A stretch of DNA of 42,539 bases from Rubrobacter sp. (GCA_035697505.1 DASSCV010000406.1:1-42539); one strand, 5' to 3'; shown: positions 28,875 through 38,014, counted from the stretch's first letter. Program-made: numbers and translations. Notes: generated from the letters alone by a model not told the origin.

Positions 28875-29630
28875 CTAGCTCATCAACTGGCCGCCGTTGA
28901 CCTCGATGATTTCACCTACCAGATAGTCAGCCGCCGGAGAGGCCAGGAACGCGACGACCCCGGCCGTCTCCTCGGGGGTGCCCTCGCGTCCCATCGGGAT
29001 GGTGTTTTTCAGGGTCTCGCGTACGTCGGGGGGCGTGAAGCGGTCGTGGAAAGGGGTGGTTATTACGCCTGGTGCGACCCCGTTTACGAGGATGTTATCG
29101 GAGACGAGTTCCTTGGCCATCGCGCGGGTCAGGGTGCTTACGCCGCCTTTGGCCGTGGCGTAGGCGACCGAGCCAGGACCGCCGCCGTTGCGGGCCGCGA
29201 TCGAGGTCATGTTGATGATCCTGCCTCTTCCTTGCCGCCTCATGATCGGCAACACAGCCCGCGAGACCAGGTAGACGCTTTTCAGGTTCACGTCCATCAC
29301 CCGATCCCAGAGGTCATCGGTCATCTCGGATAGACTTCTGCGTTCGATCAGTGACCCCGCGTTGTTGACCAGGACGTCGAGCCGCCCGAGACGGTCCTCT
29401 ATCTCCCCGACCATCCGCCCGACCTCATCCGCGTCAGAGACATCACCCCCGACGATCGAAGCCTCCCCGCCTGAGGCTTCGATCTCCTCTACCACCTCCC
29501 GCGCCTCATCCTCGCTCGCGTTGTAGTGGACCACCACCCGGCGCCCCTGCCCGGCGAGCGCCACGGCGACGGCGCGTCCGATCCCCGTGCTGCTTCCCGT
29601 CACCCACGCGACCTCTTCCGAGAAAGCCAT
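28875..29630 (-). CDS. Short-chain dehydrogenase/reductase
   Basis: TGSSTGIG, NNAG, YATAK, NGVAPG, EVNGGQ. Confidence 0.9.
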   Translation of the reverse strand: MAFSEEVAWVTGSSTGIGRAVAVALAGQGRRVVVHYNASEDEAREVVEEIEASGGEASIVGGDVSDADEVGRMVGEIEDRLGRLDVLVNNAGSLIERRSLSEMTDDLWDRVMDVNLKSVYLVSRAVLPIMRRQGRGRIINMTSIAARNGGGPGSVAYATAKGGVSTLTRAMAKELVSDNILVNGVAPGVITTPFHDRFTPPDVRETLKNTIPMGREGTPEETAGVVAFLASPAADYLVGEIIEVNGGQLMS

Positions 29631-29895
29631 CCGACCGTTACCTCCCTGTAGGCTTTCGTCTCTACAATTGATGCTCCGGTAACATAATGGTTCCCGGCAG
29701 GGAAAACAACGCGGGGGCGTGGGCTAGTTACGGCTCGACCCGGTGGTAAAGACGGTGGTTTCTATCCCCTGCCCTACAAACCGTCCGAGCACAACCCTAA
29801 CTTGGTAGAACGTGCATCATGCAGATGAGCTAGATTTGAAGAGAATCTCCTGTTCGGTCCGGTCCGTCCGTTCTCTCGAAAACACGCACAACACC

Positions 29896-30225
29896 AGAAT
29901 CGTCCACCGATCCTGCGCACCGCCTCTGGTCCGACGGTGCTCATGACTACTACGGCGGACTCCGGCGACAGGGTCTCGGCTGCACCATCTCCTCCGAACA
30001 GAGCGTCTTCGCGGCCTGCTCCGCGTTCACGACCATCATGATGAGCGCTTCGGCTCACTCGACCGCCTCTCGCAGCGAGCCCGCGCGGTTGGCCCCCAGC
30101 TCGACCAGTGGGTCAGCATTCTCGGGGCGTACGTCGAAGACCGAAAGGTCGAAACCGGCGGAGAGGATCCTCTTCGCCATCGGGGCGCCCATCGCCCCGA
30201 GTCCTATGAATCCGGCTTTTTGCAT
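29896..30225 (-). pseudogene. Beta-hydroxyacid dehydrogenase (MmsB/LtnD-like) pseudogene
   Basis: MQKAGFIGLGAMGAPMA; in-frame TGA at 30055-30057; frameshift near 30010; truncated after MSTVGPEAVRRIG. Confidence 0.8.
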
Positions 30226-30247
30226 CTATCCCTCCCTGAGGACCCCA

Positions 30248-32035
30248 TCAATGATTGTGGCGGGGTGTCTTTGTGGCGATGCCCCTGTACTTCAGGGCGC
30301 TTTCGAGTACCCCGCCGGCGTCGAGTTGACTCACGGAGGCGCGGTAGATCTCTTGCCAGGGCGTCCGGCTCTCGGGGAAGTCAGGGATGCCTTCCTCTCG
30401 CTTGCGGCGTTCTATCTCCTCGTCGGAGACCAGCACGTCGCAGCGTCCGGTACCCAGGTCGATACGGATGGTATCCCCTGTCCGCAGCCAGGCCAGGCCG
30501 CCACCAGCGGCGCTCTCCGGTGCGGCGTGCAGGATCGAAGGGCTGTCCGAGGTGCCAGACTGCCTGCCGTCGCCGATGGTGGGCAGGGTGTTGATCCCAC
30601 GTTTGAGGAGCGAGTCGGGGGGCTGCATGTTGACGACCTCGGCCGAGCCAGGCCATCCGACTGGTCCAGCCCCACGGATCACCAGAATAGAGCGCTCGTC
30701 GATGTCGAGGTCAGGGTCGTTGATTCGCTCGTGGTAGTCATCCGAGCCGTCGAAGACTACCGCGCGTCCCTCGAACACGTCCTTGTTGGCGGGATCGCCC
30801 AGGTAACGTTCGCGGAACTCGTCTGAGATCACGCTAGTTTTGATAATGGCGAAATCGAAGAGGTTGCCTGATAGGACCCGAAAACCAGCGCGCTCCTGAA
30901 GCGGTTCGTTGTGGGCTGTGATCATCTCCCGGTCCTTGCTCTCGCGCCCTGCGACGCTCTCGGCCAGCGTCCTGCCCGTGACGGTTCTCGTCACGCCATC
31001 GATCTTGCCGGCCTGCAGAAGCTCATTCACCACGGCAGGCACGCCGCCCGCGCGGTGGAACCTCTCTCCCAGGTACTCGCCTGCCGGCTGCATGTTGACG
31101 AGCAAGGGCACGTCGTAGCCGTGCTCCCAATCGGAGGGTTTGATCTCGACCCCGGCGTGGCGCGCCATGGCCATGATGTGCGGCTGGGCGTTGGTCGACC
31201 CGCCTATTGCCGTGGTCGCGACGATCGCGTTCAAGAAAGACTCGCGCGTCAGGATCTTCGAAGGGCGCAGATCCTCGTAGGCCATTTCGGCGATGCGCTT
31301 CCCCGTGTCGTAAGCCATCTGGCCGCGCTCGCGGTAGGGCGCGGGGATGGCAGCGCACCCTGGTAGCGAGAGACCAAGCACCTCGGCCAGGGCGTTCATT
31401 GTCGAGGCCGTACCCATAGTGTTGCAGTGGCCTGCTGACGGCGCGGAAGCCAGGGCCGTCTCGAAGAACTCCTCCTCGTCGATCTGGCCAGCGGCCAGAC
31501 GGCGGCGGCTCTTCCAGATGGCCGTGCCCGAACCCACCAGCTCGCCCTCGAAGTAGCCGTCGAGCATAGGACCGCCGGAGAGCACGATGGCGGGGATGTC
31601 CACGGTCGAGGCGGCCATAATCGCCGCCGGCGTCGTCTTGTCGCAGCCTGTCGTAAGCACCACGGCGTCGATGAAGTAGCCGTAAAGGATCTCGACGAGC
31701 CCCAGGTAAGAGAGGTTGCGGTCCAGCGCGGCGGTCGGCCTGCGGCAATTCTCATTTATGGGATGCACGGGGAACTCCATCGGGATACCCCCACCGTCGC
31801 GTATCCCGTCGCGCACACGATCCGCGAGCTCCAGATGATGCCTGTTGCAGGGCGAGAGATCACTTCCGCTCTGGGCGATGCCGACTACGGGCCTGCCGGA
31901 GCGCAGCTCGTCCGGTGTGATCCCGTAATTCATAAAGCGCTCTAGATACAGCGCGCTCTGGTCCCTGCGATGGGGATCGTCGAACCAGTCGCGCGAGCGG
32001 AACCGGAGCGTTGCCCGGCCGTTACCTGAAGTCAT
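30248..32035 (-). CDS. IlvD/Edd family sugar-acid dehydratase (pentonate dehydratase type)
   Basis: SPCNRHH, GCDKTTPA, GHCNTMGTASTM, GGSTNA, GDGRQSGTS. Confidence 0.9.
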   Translation of the reverse strand: MTSGNGRATLRFRSRDWFDDPHRRDQSALYLERFMNYGITPDELRSGRPVVGIAQSGSDLSPCNRHHLELADRVRDGIRDGGGIPMEFPVHPINENCRRPTAALDRNLSYLGLVEILYGYFIDAVVLTTGCDKTTPAAIMAASTVDIPAIVLSGGPMLDGYFEGELVGSGTAIWKSRRRLAAGQIDEEEFFETALASAPSAGHCNTMGTASTMNALAEVLGLSLPGCAAIPAPYRERGQMAYDTGKRIAEMAYEDLRPSKILTRESFLNAIVATTAIGGSTNAQPHIMAMARHAGVEIKPSDWEHGYDVPLLVNMQPAGEYLGERFHRAGGVPAVVNELLQAGKIDGVTRTVTGRTLAESVAGRESKDREMITAHNEPLQERAGFRVLSGNLFDFAIIKTSVISDEFRERYLGDPANKDVFEGRAVVFDGSDDYHERINDPDLDIDERSILVIRGAGPVGWPGSAEVVNMQPPDSLLKRGINTLPTIGDGRQSGTSDSPSILHAAPESAAGGGLAWLRTGDTIRIDLGTGRCDVLVSDEEIERRKREEGIPDFPESRTPWQEIYRASVSQLDAGGVLESALKYRGIATKTPRHNH

Positions 32036-32062
32036 GGCGGATCTCCTTGTCGGGTCTTCGTC

Positions 32063-32827
32063 CTACTCATCGCCTCGTGAGACCGGAGGCGTCGCTGTCG
32101 AGGTCTTGCCTAGGGCCTGTATCGCGGTCGGCACCATCGTCAGTTCGGGGACGTAGGCGCGGGGCGGGAGCGTCGCGAGGAAGAGGCATGCACTTGCGAT
32201 GTCCTCGGGTTTGAGAGCGGCGTCGCGGACTTCTTTCGGGGGTGGCTCGGGACGGTTGTCCAGGATGGGTGTGTCCACTATGCCAGGCAAGATCGAGGTG
32301 AAGCGCACGCCGTTTACGTGTTCCTCGAAGCCTGCGGCATGCGCCAGCTCGACCATGCCTGCCTTGGAGGCCTGGTAGGCCGGGCCCGAGGCGTCGGGCC
32401 ACCGTCCCGAGACGCTGCTGATCAGGACGACGAGACCGCCGGATGAGCGAAGGTAGGGCAATGCCGCCCGGATCGCGTAAAAAGCGCCGCTGAGGTTCAC
32501 CGAGATCATGGCGTCCCATCCCTCAGTCGTGAGTTGCTCCAGTCGCCGCTCGGGGAAGTTCATCCCAGCGGCGATGACGAGGTTGTCTATCCCATCTGAT
32601 TCCCCTACCTCTTCGACGGTCCGCCAGACGGCCTCTTTATCCGAGATGTCGAGCGAATGAGCCGTGACGTTACGCCCTCCTGCGCCCGTTTGTATTGCCT
32701 CGCGGCGACGGGCCGCGGCATGTACCGTGGCCCCTACGTCGGCGAAGAGGTTGGCCGTGGCGAGCCCTATACCGCTGCTGGCCCCGATGACTAGCGCCGT
32801 CTTCCCCGAGAGGTCCGCGCCTTCCAC
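32063..32827 (-). CDS. Short-chain dehydrogenase/reductase
   Basis: GASSGIG, YQASK, PGIVDTPILDNRP. Confidence 0.88.
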   Translation of the reverse strand: MEGADLSGKTALVIGASSGIGLATANLFADVGATVHAAARRREAIQTGAGGRNVTAHSLDISDKEAVWRTVEEVGESDGIDNLVIAAGMNFPERRLEQLTTEGWDAMISVNLSGAFYAIRAALPYLRSSGGLVVLISSVSGRWPDASGPAYQASKAGMVELAHAAGFEEHVNGVRFTSILPGIVDTPILDNRPEPPPKEVRDAALKPEDIASACLFLATLPPRAYVPELTMVPTAIQALGKTSTATPPVSRGDE

Positions 32828-33852
32828 TACTCCCCCAACTCCGCGAGGAAGACTTTGATCTGCGCTGAGGGACCGCGCACCAACCCGGCGAACGCCTCAG
32901 GCCCCTCCTCCAGCGGCAGGACGGGCGGCAGCTCCCCGATACCGGCCTTGCCCTCGACGAGCCATTCGAGCGCCTGCTCGTAGTCCTCCGCCGTGTACGC
33001 GTACGAGCCCTGCAGGTCGAGTTGACCCCGCACTACGTCGTGGAACCCGAGGGTCGTGTCGTCGTCGTGCAACCCTACGTACACGACCCGCCCGCCGGGC
33101 CGTAGGAGTTCGAGGGCCATCCGCCGCGTAACCTCGGCGCCGACGGCGTCGATGACGAGGTCGGCACCGAGGCCTTCCGTGGGCTCCTCTAGCGCCTGGC
33201 GCGCATCCTCACCGGACTCGTGGACCGCGCCCGCTCCGAGGGCCAGCGCCTGCTCGCGGCGCGCTCTTACCGGCTCGACAATGTGTACTTCGGGAATACC
33301 GTCGAGGACCGCGGCTTGCAGGCACATCAGGCCTATGGTGCCTGCCCCTATAACGACGGTATGGTCCACGGGGCCATCAGCGAGCCCGAGCCTCGCGGCA
33401 TGGACGCCGTTGGCGAGAGGCTCGGCGAGGGCACCCGTGCGCGCCTCGACGCCCTCGGGGAGCGAGTAGACGTTCTCCGCTGGCGCGAGCGTGTATTCTG
33501 CGAAGCCACCAGGGGAGTGGATTCCCACGAGGGTGCGATTCGGACATAGGTTGGTAAGCCCTGCCAGGCACAAGCGGCACGTCCCGTCGGAGGAGAGCGG
33601 GTTCACGGCCACGAGGCGGCCGAGGAGATCTTCGTCGACCCCTTCACCGACCTCCGTGACGGTGCCGGCAAACTCGTGGCCCATCACGAGGGGCGGGGTA
33701 CGGTTGCCCATCCTGCCGAGGTACCCTTCGATCTCCGAGCCGCAGATCCCCGCTGCCGTAGGGCGAACAACGACGGTCCCAGGCTCGACGGCCGGCTCGG
33801 GCACCTCCTCGACGGACATCTCCTCAGGCCCGTGCCATACGATCCCTTTCAT
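32827..33852 (-). CDS. Zn-dependent (MDR) sugar/polyol dehydrogenase
   Basis: GICGSE, GHEFAG, structural-Zn loop D..C..C.......C, GAGTIG. Confidence 0.88.
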   Translation of the reverse strand: MKGIVWHGPEEMSVEEVPEPAVEPGTVVVRPTAAGICGSEIEGYLGRMGNRTPPLVMGHEFAGTVTEVGEGVDEDLLGRLVAVNPLSSDGTCRLCLAGLTNLCPNRTLVGIHSPGGFAEYTLAPAENVYSLPEGVEARTGALAEPLANGVHAARLGLADGPVDHTVVIGAGTIGLMCLQAAVLDGIPEVHIVEPVRARREQALALGAGAVHESGEDARQALEEPTEGLGADLVIDAVGAEVTRRMALELLRPGGRVVYVGLHDDDTTLGFHDVVRGQLDLQGSYAYTAEDYEQALEWLVEGKAGIGELPPVLPLEEGPEAFAGLVRGPSAQIKVFLAELGE

Positions 33853-33918
33853 ACTTCCACCTTCCCGTTGCGAGCGTCACAGATAATCTATCTTACTCCT
33901 GAGCCCGTCGCGCTGCGA

Positions 33919-34614
33919 TCAGGGCTGCACGAGCGCGACGGCCCTAACGGGCGAGCCCGAGCCGCCTTTGATCTTTAACGGCAATGCGAGAAAGAGGCAG
34001 AACGGCGGCAAACGATCCAGGTTCTTCAGGTTCTCGACGATGTACACCTCACTGCCGAGCAACGCGTAGTGGGCCGGGTTCTCCGTAGAAACGGCGGCGT
34101 CTATCGCGAGCGTATCGCACCCGACGAGCGAGACGCCCTTACCGACCAGGTACTCTGCAGCTTCGCCTGAGAGGCCTGGCCAGTCATCGAGAAAGCGGCG
34201 TCCCTCAGGGCCTGTCGCCCACCTGAGGTCCCATCCGTAGCGGATCAAAATCCTGTCTCCCGCCTCGATGGCGCCGTGTTCCTCCTCCCACGCCTCGATG
34301 CGCCCGACCTTCAGCAGGTCGGCCGGCCCGAGGTCCGTGGCCTCGATGATCGCCGCGCGTCCCGCGAGACGGTCGAGGGGGATCTCGTCTGTCCCGTAAT
34401 GGGCTGGACCCTCGGAGATAAAATGAAGGGGCGCGTCCATGTGGGTTCCTGTATGTTCGCTCATCGTGAGGCCGTAGTGGCGGGCGGCGTCACCGTATTC
34501 ATACGACTCGTAGAGAGCCTTGCCGAAGCGGGCGTGCGTAGGGTAGGCGGGGATGTCCTCCTCCAGAGTGTGGGAGAGGTCGATCCACTCATAGCCGTCT
34601 AACGGCGAAGTCAC
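33919..34614 (-). CDS. Cyclase family metal-dependent hydrolase
   Basis: EHTGTHMDAPLHF, PLKIKGGSGSPVRA. Confidence 0.9.
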   Translation of the reverse strand: MTSPLDGYEWIDLSHTLEEDIPAYPTHARFGKALYESYEYGDAARHYGLTMSEHTGTHMDAPLHFISEGPAHYGTDEIPLDRLAGRAAIIEATDLGPADLLKVGRIEAWEEEHGAIEAGDRILIRYGWDLRWATGPEGRRFLDDWPGLSGEAAEYLVGKGVSLVGCDTLAIDAAVSTENPAHYALLGSEVYIVENLKNLDRLPPFCLFLALPLKIKGGSGSPVRAVALVQP

Positions 34615-34943
34615 TCCTTCGGGCTGTAGCGGTCAGGGTCCTGGAAGACGTCTATAACGCAGGTCCCGGCTTCGAGGATGGCTGAATGTTCGGCCCCGCC
34701 TGGAATGTCGTAAGTCTCGCCGGGCTCGTAGGTCGCCGGCTGGCCGTCTATGGTCAGGTGGAGCAGGCCGCTCACGACTATGCCCCACTGGGCGCCGTGG
34801 GAGTGGGGAGGGACCTCGAACCTCTCTGCGGCCCTGAAGAAGACCGCCTGGCCGTCGGGGCCCGAGATCATACGCCCCTCCAAGCCCTCGAAGGGCGTGT
34901 CTACCTGCGGGAGGTCCTGGATCCAACGCGCATAAGGGTTCAC
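34611..34943 (-). CDS. Cupin domain protein (110 aa)
   Basis: PPHSHGAQWG...IPGGAEHSA...DVF; GTG at 34943 with SD AAAGGAG. It is the C-terminal part of the over-extended ORF 34611-35669. Confidence 0.85.
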   Translation of the reverse strand: MNPYARWIQDLPQVDTPFEGLEGRMISGPDGQAVFFRAAERFEVPPHSHGAQWGIVVSGLLHLTIDGQPATYEPGETYDIPGGAEHSAILEAGTCVIDVFQDPDRYSPKE

Positions 34944-34972
34944 AGCGGCTCCTTTCCCTGCGAGCGGCGTGT

Positions 34973-35006
34973 TTGCGCCGCTGGTCAGGGCGTCATTATA
35001 CTGACC
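34973..35006. promoter_or_regulatory. Overlapping divergent -10 boxes within an inverted repeat
   Basis: GGTCAG-GGCGTCATTATA-CTGACC; TATAAT on minus (34995-35000), TATACT on plus (34997-35002). Confidence 0.5.
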
Positions 35007-35030
35007 GTTCCTAAAGTGTCCGGGGGTGAG

Positions 35031-35786
35031 ATGGAACGCCTGAGAGGAAAGAGGGCCATTGTAACGGGCGCAGGCTCTGGCATCGGCCGTGCCATCGCCC
35101 TCAGGTTCGTCGAGGAAGGAGCGCGAGTAGTCATCTCGGACGTGGACGGGGAGGCGGCCACGAGCGTGGTGTCCGAAGCAGGAGGCGAGACCCTCGTCCG
35201 CAAGACAGATGTCACCGACTCGAGCGAGGTGGAGGCGCTGGTGGAGACCTCGGTCGAGGAGTGGGGAGGCCTCGACGTTATGGTCAACAACGCAGGGATA
35301 GGCGTAGCCGGCACCACCACAGATACCCAGGAAGGGGACTACGAAAGGGTGATGGATGTGTGCCTCAGGGGTACGTTCCTCGGTATGAAGCACGCCATTC
35401 CGGCCATCAGGGATTCGGGGGGCGGGTCGGTTATCAACCTGTCTTCGGTGGCAGCGCTCGTCGGGATAGCCGACAGGGCCGTCTACAGTGCTGCGAAGGG
35501 CGCGATCCTCGCCATCACCCGCGCCGCCGCCATCGACCACGTAGAAGAAGGCGTGAGGGTCAACTGCATCGCGCCAGGCACCGTGGATACGCCCTGGATC
35601 GGCCGCATCACCGCGGGCTACGACGACCCCGAAGAGGCGCGCCGGAACATGCAAGCTCGCCAGCCGCACGGCCGGTTGGTCGCCCCGGAGGAGATCGCCG
35701 CGATGGCGGCCTACCTCGCCTCAGACGAATCGGCATCGGTGATCGGGGCGTGCATGATCGTGGACGGGGGCATAACAGCCAGGTGA
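35031..35786 (+). CDS. SDR, BDH2 / 2-keto-3-deoxy-L-fuconate dehydrogenase-like
   Basis: TGAGSGIG, YSAAKG, NCIAPGTVDTPW, ARQPHGRL; adjacent to fucD. Confidence 0.85.
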   Translation: MERLRGKRAIVTGAGSGIGRAIALRFVEEGARVVISDVDGEAATSVVSEAGGETLVRKTDVTDSSEVEALVETSVEEWGGLDVMVNNAGIGVAGTTTDTQEGDYERVMDVCLRGTFLGMKHAIPAIRDSGGGSVINLSSVAALVGIADRAVYSAAKGAILAITRAAAIDHVEEGVRVNCIAPGTVDTPWIGRITAGYDDPEEARRNMQARQPHGRLVAPEEIAAMAAYLASDESASVIGACMIVDGGITAR

Positions 35787-35871
35787 ACGAGGCCCACAGG
35801 CGGGGTACGGGCGACGAGACGGAGATCTGGGTCTAGGTCCTTGTTCGCAAGAGGTCGAGAGAAGGTACTAC

Positions 35872-37182
35872 GTGACCACCATAACCAGGGTAGTAGCCCG
35901 CGATATTCGTTTCCCGACGTCGCTGGATCTCTCCGGCTCCGACGCCATGAACGAGGCCCCCGACTACTCGGCAGCCTACGTCGTGCTCGAGACGGACGGT
36001 GGGCTCGAAGGCCACGGCTTCACCTTCACCATCGGGCGTGGTAACGAGCTGTGCGTCGCCGCTATAAGAGCACTCGCGCCGCTCGTCGAGGGGAGAACCC
36101 TCGAGTCGTTTACAGAGGACATGGGCGCTTTCTGGCGTCACATCACGGGAGACAGCCAGCTAAGGTGGGTCGGTCCTGAGAAGGGTGTGATCCACCTCGC
36201 TACGGCCGCCATCGTCAACGCTGTCTGGGACCTCTACGCGAAGGCCGAACACAAACCTCTCTGGAAGCTCCTCTCGGACATGAGTCCCGAAGAGCTCATC
36301 TCTTGCATAGACTTCCGCTATATAACCGACGCGATCACACGTGAGGAAGCTCTCGAGATCCTGCGCCGAAACATAGCGTCGAAGCCGGACCGTGAGGCCG
36401 AGATGCTGGAGGATGGTTTCCCCGCCTACACCACGTCCGCCGGGTGGCTCGGGTATTCGGACGAGAGGCTGCGCTCGCTCGTGCGCGAGGCGGTGGGGAA
36501 AGGCTGGACGCACTTCAAGATGAAGGTTGGTGGGAACATCGAGAGCGACGAGCGGCGGGCAGCCCTGATCCGGGACGAGATCGGACCCGACCGCACCCTG
36601 ATGATGGACGCCAACCAGGTCTGGGATGTGGATCAGGCCATCGAGAACATGGAACGTCTTGCGGAGTTCGAACCGTACTGGATCGAGGAGCCCACTAGCC
36701 CCGACGACGTCCTCGGCCACGCGCGCATAGCCGAGGCCGTCTCACCTGTCGGCGTCGCCACGGGCGAGCACTGCCAGAACCGCGTCCTTTTCAAGCAGCT
36801 CTTGCAGGCTCATGCCATCTCGTTCTGCCAGATAGACGCCTGCCGCCTCGGAGGCGTCAATGAGGTTATCGCCGTGCTCCTGATGGCGGCGAAGTTCGGC
36901 GTGCCCGTCTGCCCGCATGCAGGCGGCGTGGGACTGTGCGAGTACGTCCAGCATCTCTCCATCTTCGACTACATCTGCGTCGGCGCCTCGCTCGAAGACC
37001 GGATCCTGGAGTACGTGGATCACCTCCACGAGCATTTCGCTGATCCAGTGGAGATCCAGGGCGGCCGCTACGTCCCGCCACAAGCCCCCGGCTACTCCGC
37101 CGAGATGAAGCCCGAGTCCCTGAACGAATTCGAGTTCCCCTCAGGCAGCGTCTGGGCCACGGAAGAGAGGAACATCCGATGA
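35872..37182 (+). CDS. fucD: L-fuconate dehydratase (enolase superfamily, ENOSF1-like)
   Basis: DIRFPTS..GSDAMN..PDYSAAY, WVGPEKGVIHLA, AYTTSAGWLGY, KMKVG, CPHAGGVGLCE. Confidence 0.9.
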   Translation: MTTITRVVARDIRFPTSLDLSGSDAMNEAPDYSAAYVVLETDGGLEGHGFTFTIGRGNELCVAAIRALAPLVEGRTLESFTEDMGAFWRHITGDSQLRWVGPEKGVIHLATAAIVNAVWDLYAKAEHKPLWKLLSDMSPEELISCIDFRYITDAITREEALEILRRNIASKPDREAEMLEDGFPAYTTSAGWLGYSDERLRSLVREAVGKGWTHFKMKVGGNIESDERRAALIRDEIGPDRTLMMDANQVWDVDQAIENMERLAEFEPYWIEEPTSPDDVLGHARIAEAVSPVGVATGEHCQNRVLFKQLLQAHAISFCQIDACRLGGVNEVIAVLLMAAKFGVPVCPHAGGVGLCEYVQHLSIFDYICVGASLEDRILEYVDHLHEHFADPVEIQGGRYVPPQAPGYSAEMKPESLNEFEFPSGSVWATEERNIR

Positions 37183-37520
37183 ACGGGAGAGTTGCGACGG
37201 TACTCGGGGTCGGCCCCGGACTCGGGGCTGCAGTCGCCCGCCGCTTCGCCGGCGAAGGCTTCGTGGTAGCGATGATGGCTCGCCAGGAAGAAAGCCTTGC
37301 GGAGATACGGCAGGACATCGAGGACGACGGCGGTACGGCACTCCCGTTCTCCGCCGACGCCACGAACGCAAGCTCGGTCGCCGCAGCCTTCGAGCGAATA
37401 CGTTCGGATCTCGGTGACCCCAAAGTCCTGGTCTACAACGCTGGCGCGTTCCAGATGGGCGGCGTTCTGGAGATTTCGCCCGCGCAGTTCGAAGAGTGCT
37501 TCAGGTCCAATTGTGCCGGC
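37179..37520 (+). pseudogene. SDR, 3'-truncated
   Basis: GVGPGLG, YNAG; similarity ends at RSNCAG, before the catalytic residues. Confidence 0.75.
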
Positions 37521-37529
37521 ACGCCCTCC

Positions 37530-37770
37530 GCCTGGCAAACCCGAAACTCGCTCATGAGTTATTCAGGCTAGGAGCCAACCTTCGAGGTGCTCGCCTACAG
37601 GAAGCGTCCCTGGAGCAAGCTATAGGCTTACCCCACAGCAGATCGACTGGACTATCGGCGACGAGGCGACCGCACTGCCAGACGGCCTTGTCCGGCCACC
37701 GGCGTGGAGCAAAAGTGTCGAAGAGCAAATGAAAATCCTCGGAGAGCAGATGAAGGAAGAACCCAAAGTA
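37530..37770 (+). pseudogene. Pentapeptide-repeat protein C-terminal remnant (frameshifted)
   Basis: GANLRGARLQEASLEQAIGL, shift near 37630, then PQQIDWTIGDEATALPDGLVRPPAWSKSVEEQ. Confidence 0.55.
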
Positions 37771-37780
37771 GAAAGAGGAG

Positions 37781-37856
37781 AGCCGACGAGCGGACTCGAA
37801 CCGCTGACCTGCTCATTACGAGTGTGCGGTCACTGGTTGCTGAGTGTTGCACGGGC
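37781..37856 (-). other. tRNA-Thr(CGT)-derived sequence: intact 3' half (37781-37824) with a non-canonical 5' half; att-like site or pseudo-tRNA
   Basis: Minus strand CTCGTAA TGAGC AGGTC AGCGG TTCGAGT CCGCT CGTCGGC T (anticodon loop, variable loop, T-arm, acceptor 3' strand); no U8 and no D-loop GG. Confidence 0.75.
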
Positions 37857-37929
37857 TTGCAATTCCCGCATAGATAACGGATCTTCTGTTCCCTGTGATG
37901 CCCACTATTGCACGGGATTGCGTGCGGGT

Positions 37930-37949
37930 TAGGGTCAAACTAGGGTCAA
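37930..37949 (+). repeat. Direct repeat TAGGGTCAA x2 (11-bp period), resembling integrase arm-type sites
   Basis: TAGGGTCAA-AC-TAGGGTCAA, about 105 nt from the tRNA-derived core. Confidence 0.6.
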
Positions 37950-38014
37950 GTGGGGTTAGAAGTACATGGGTTACGCGGCGCTAGTTCTTGATCGAGTCTT
38001 GCTCACGTGCATCG

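Noticed and set aside
30055-30057. In-frame TGA as possible selenocysteine or recoding
   Set aside because: Non-catalytic position, and the same gene also has a frameshift and a truncation, so it is a pseudogene
34611-35786. Apparent 352-aa cupin fusion and 366-aa SDR overlapping in antisense
   Set aside because: Over-extended starts; the real genes are divergent (34943 minus, 35031 plus)
37781-37856. Functional tRNA-Thr gene
   Set aside because: Lacks U8 and the D-loop GG, has 3-nt linkers, and has mismatches in the acceptor and anticodon stems
37729-37932. 67-aa ORF containing EPTSGLEPLTCSLRV
   Set aside because: Antisense translation of the tRNA-derived sequence, not a protein
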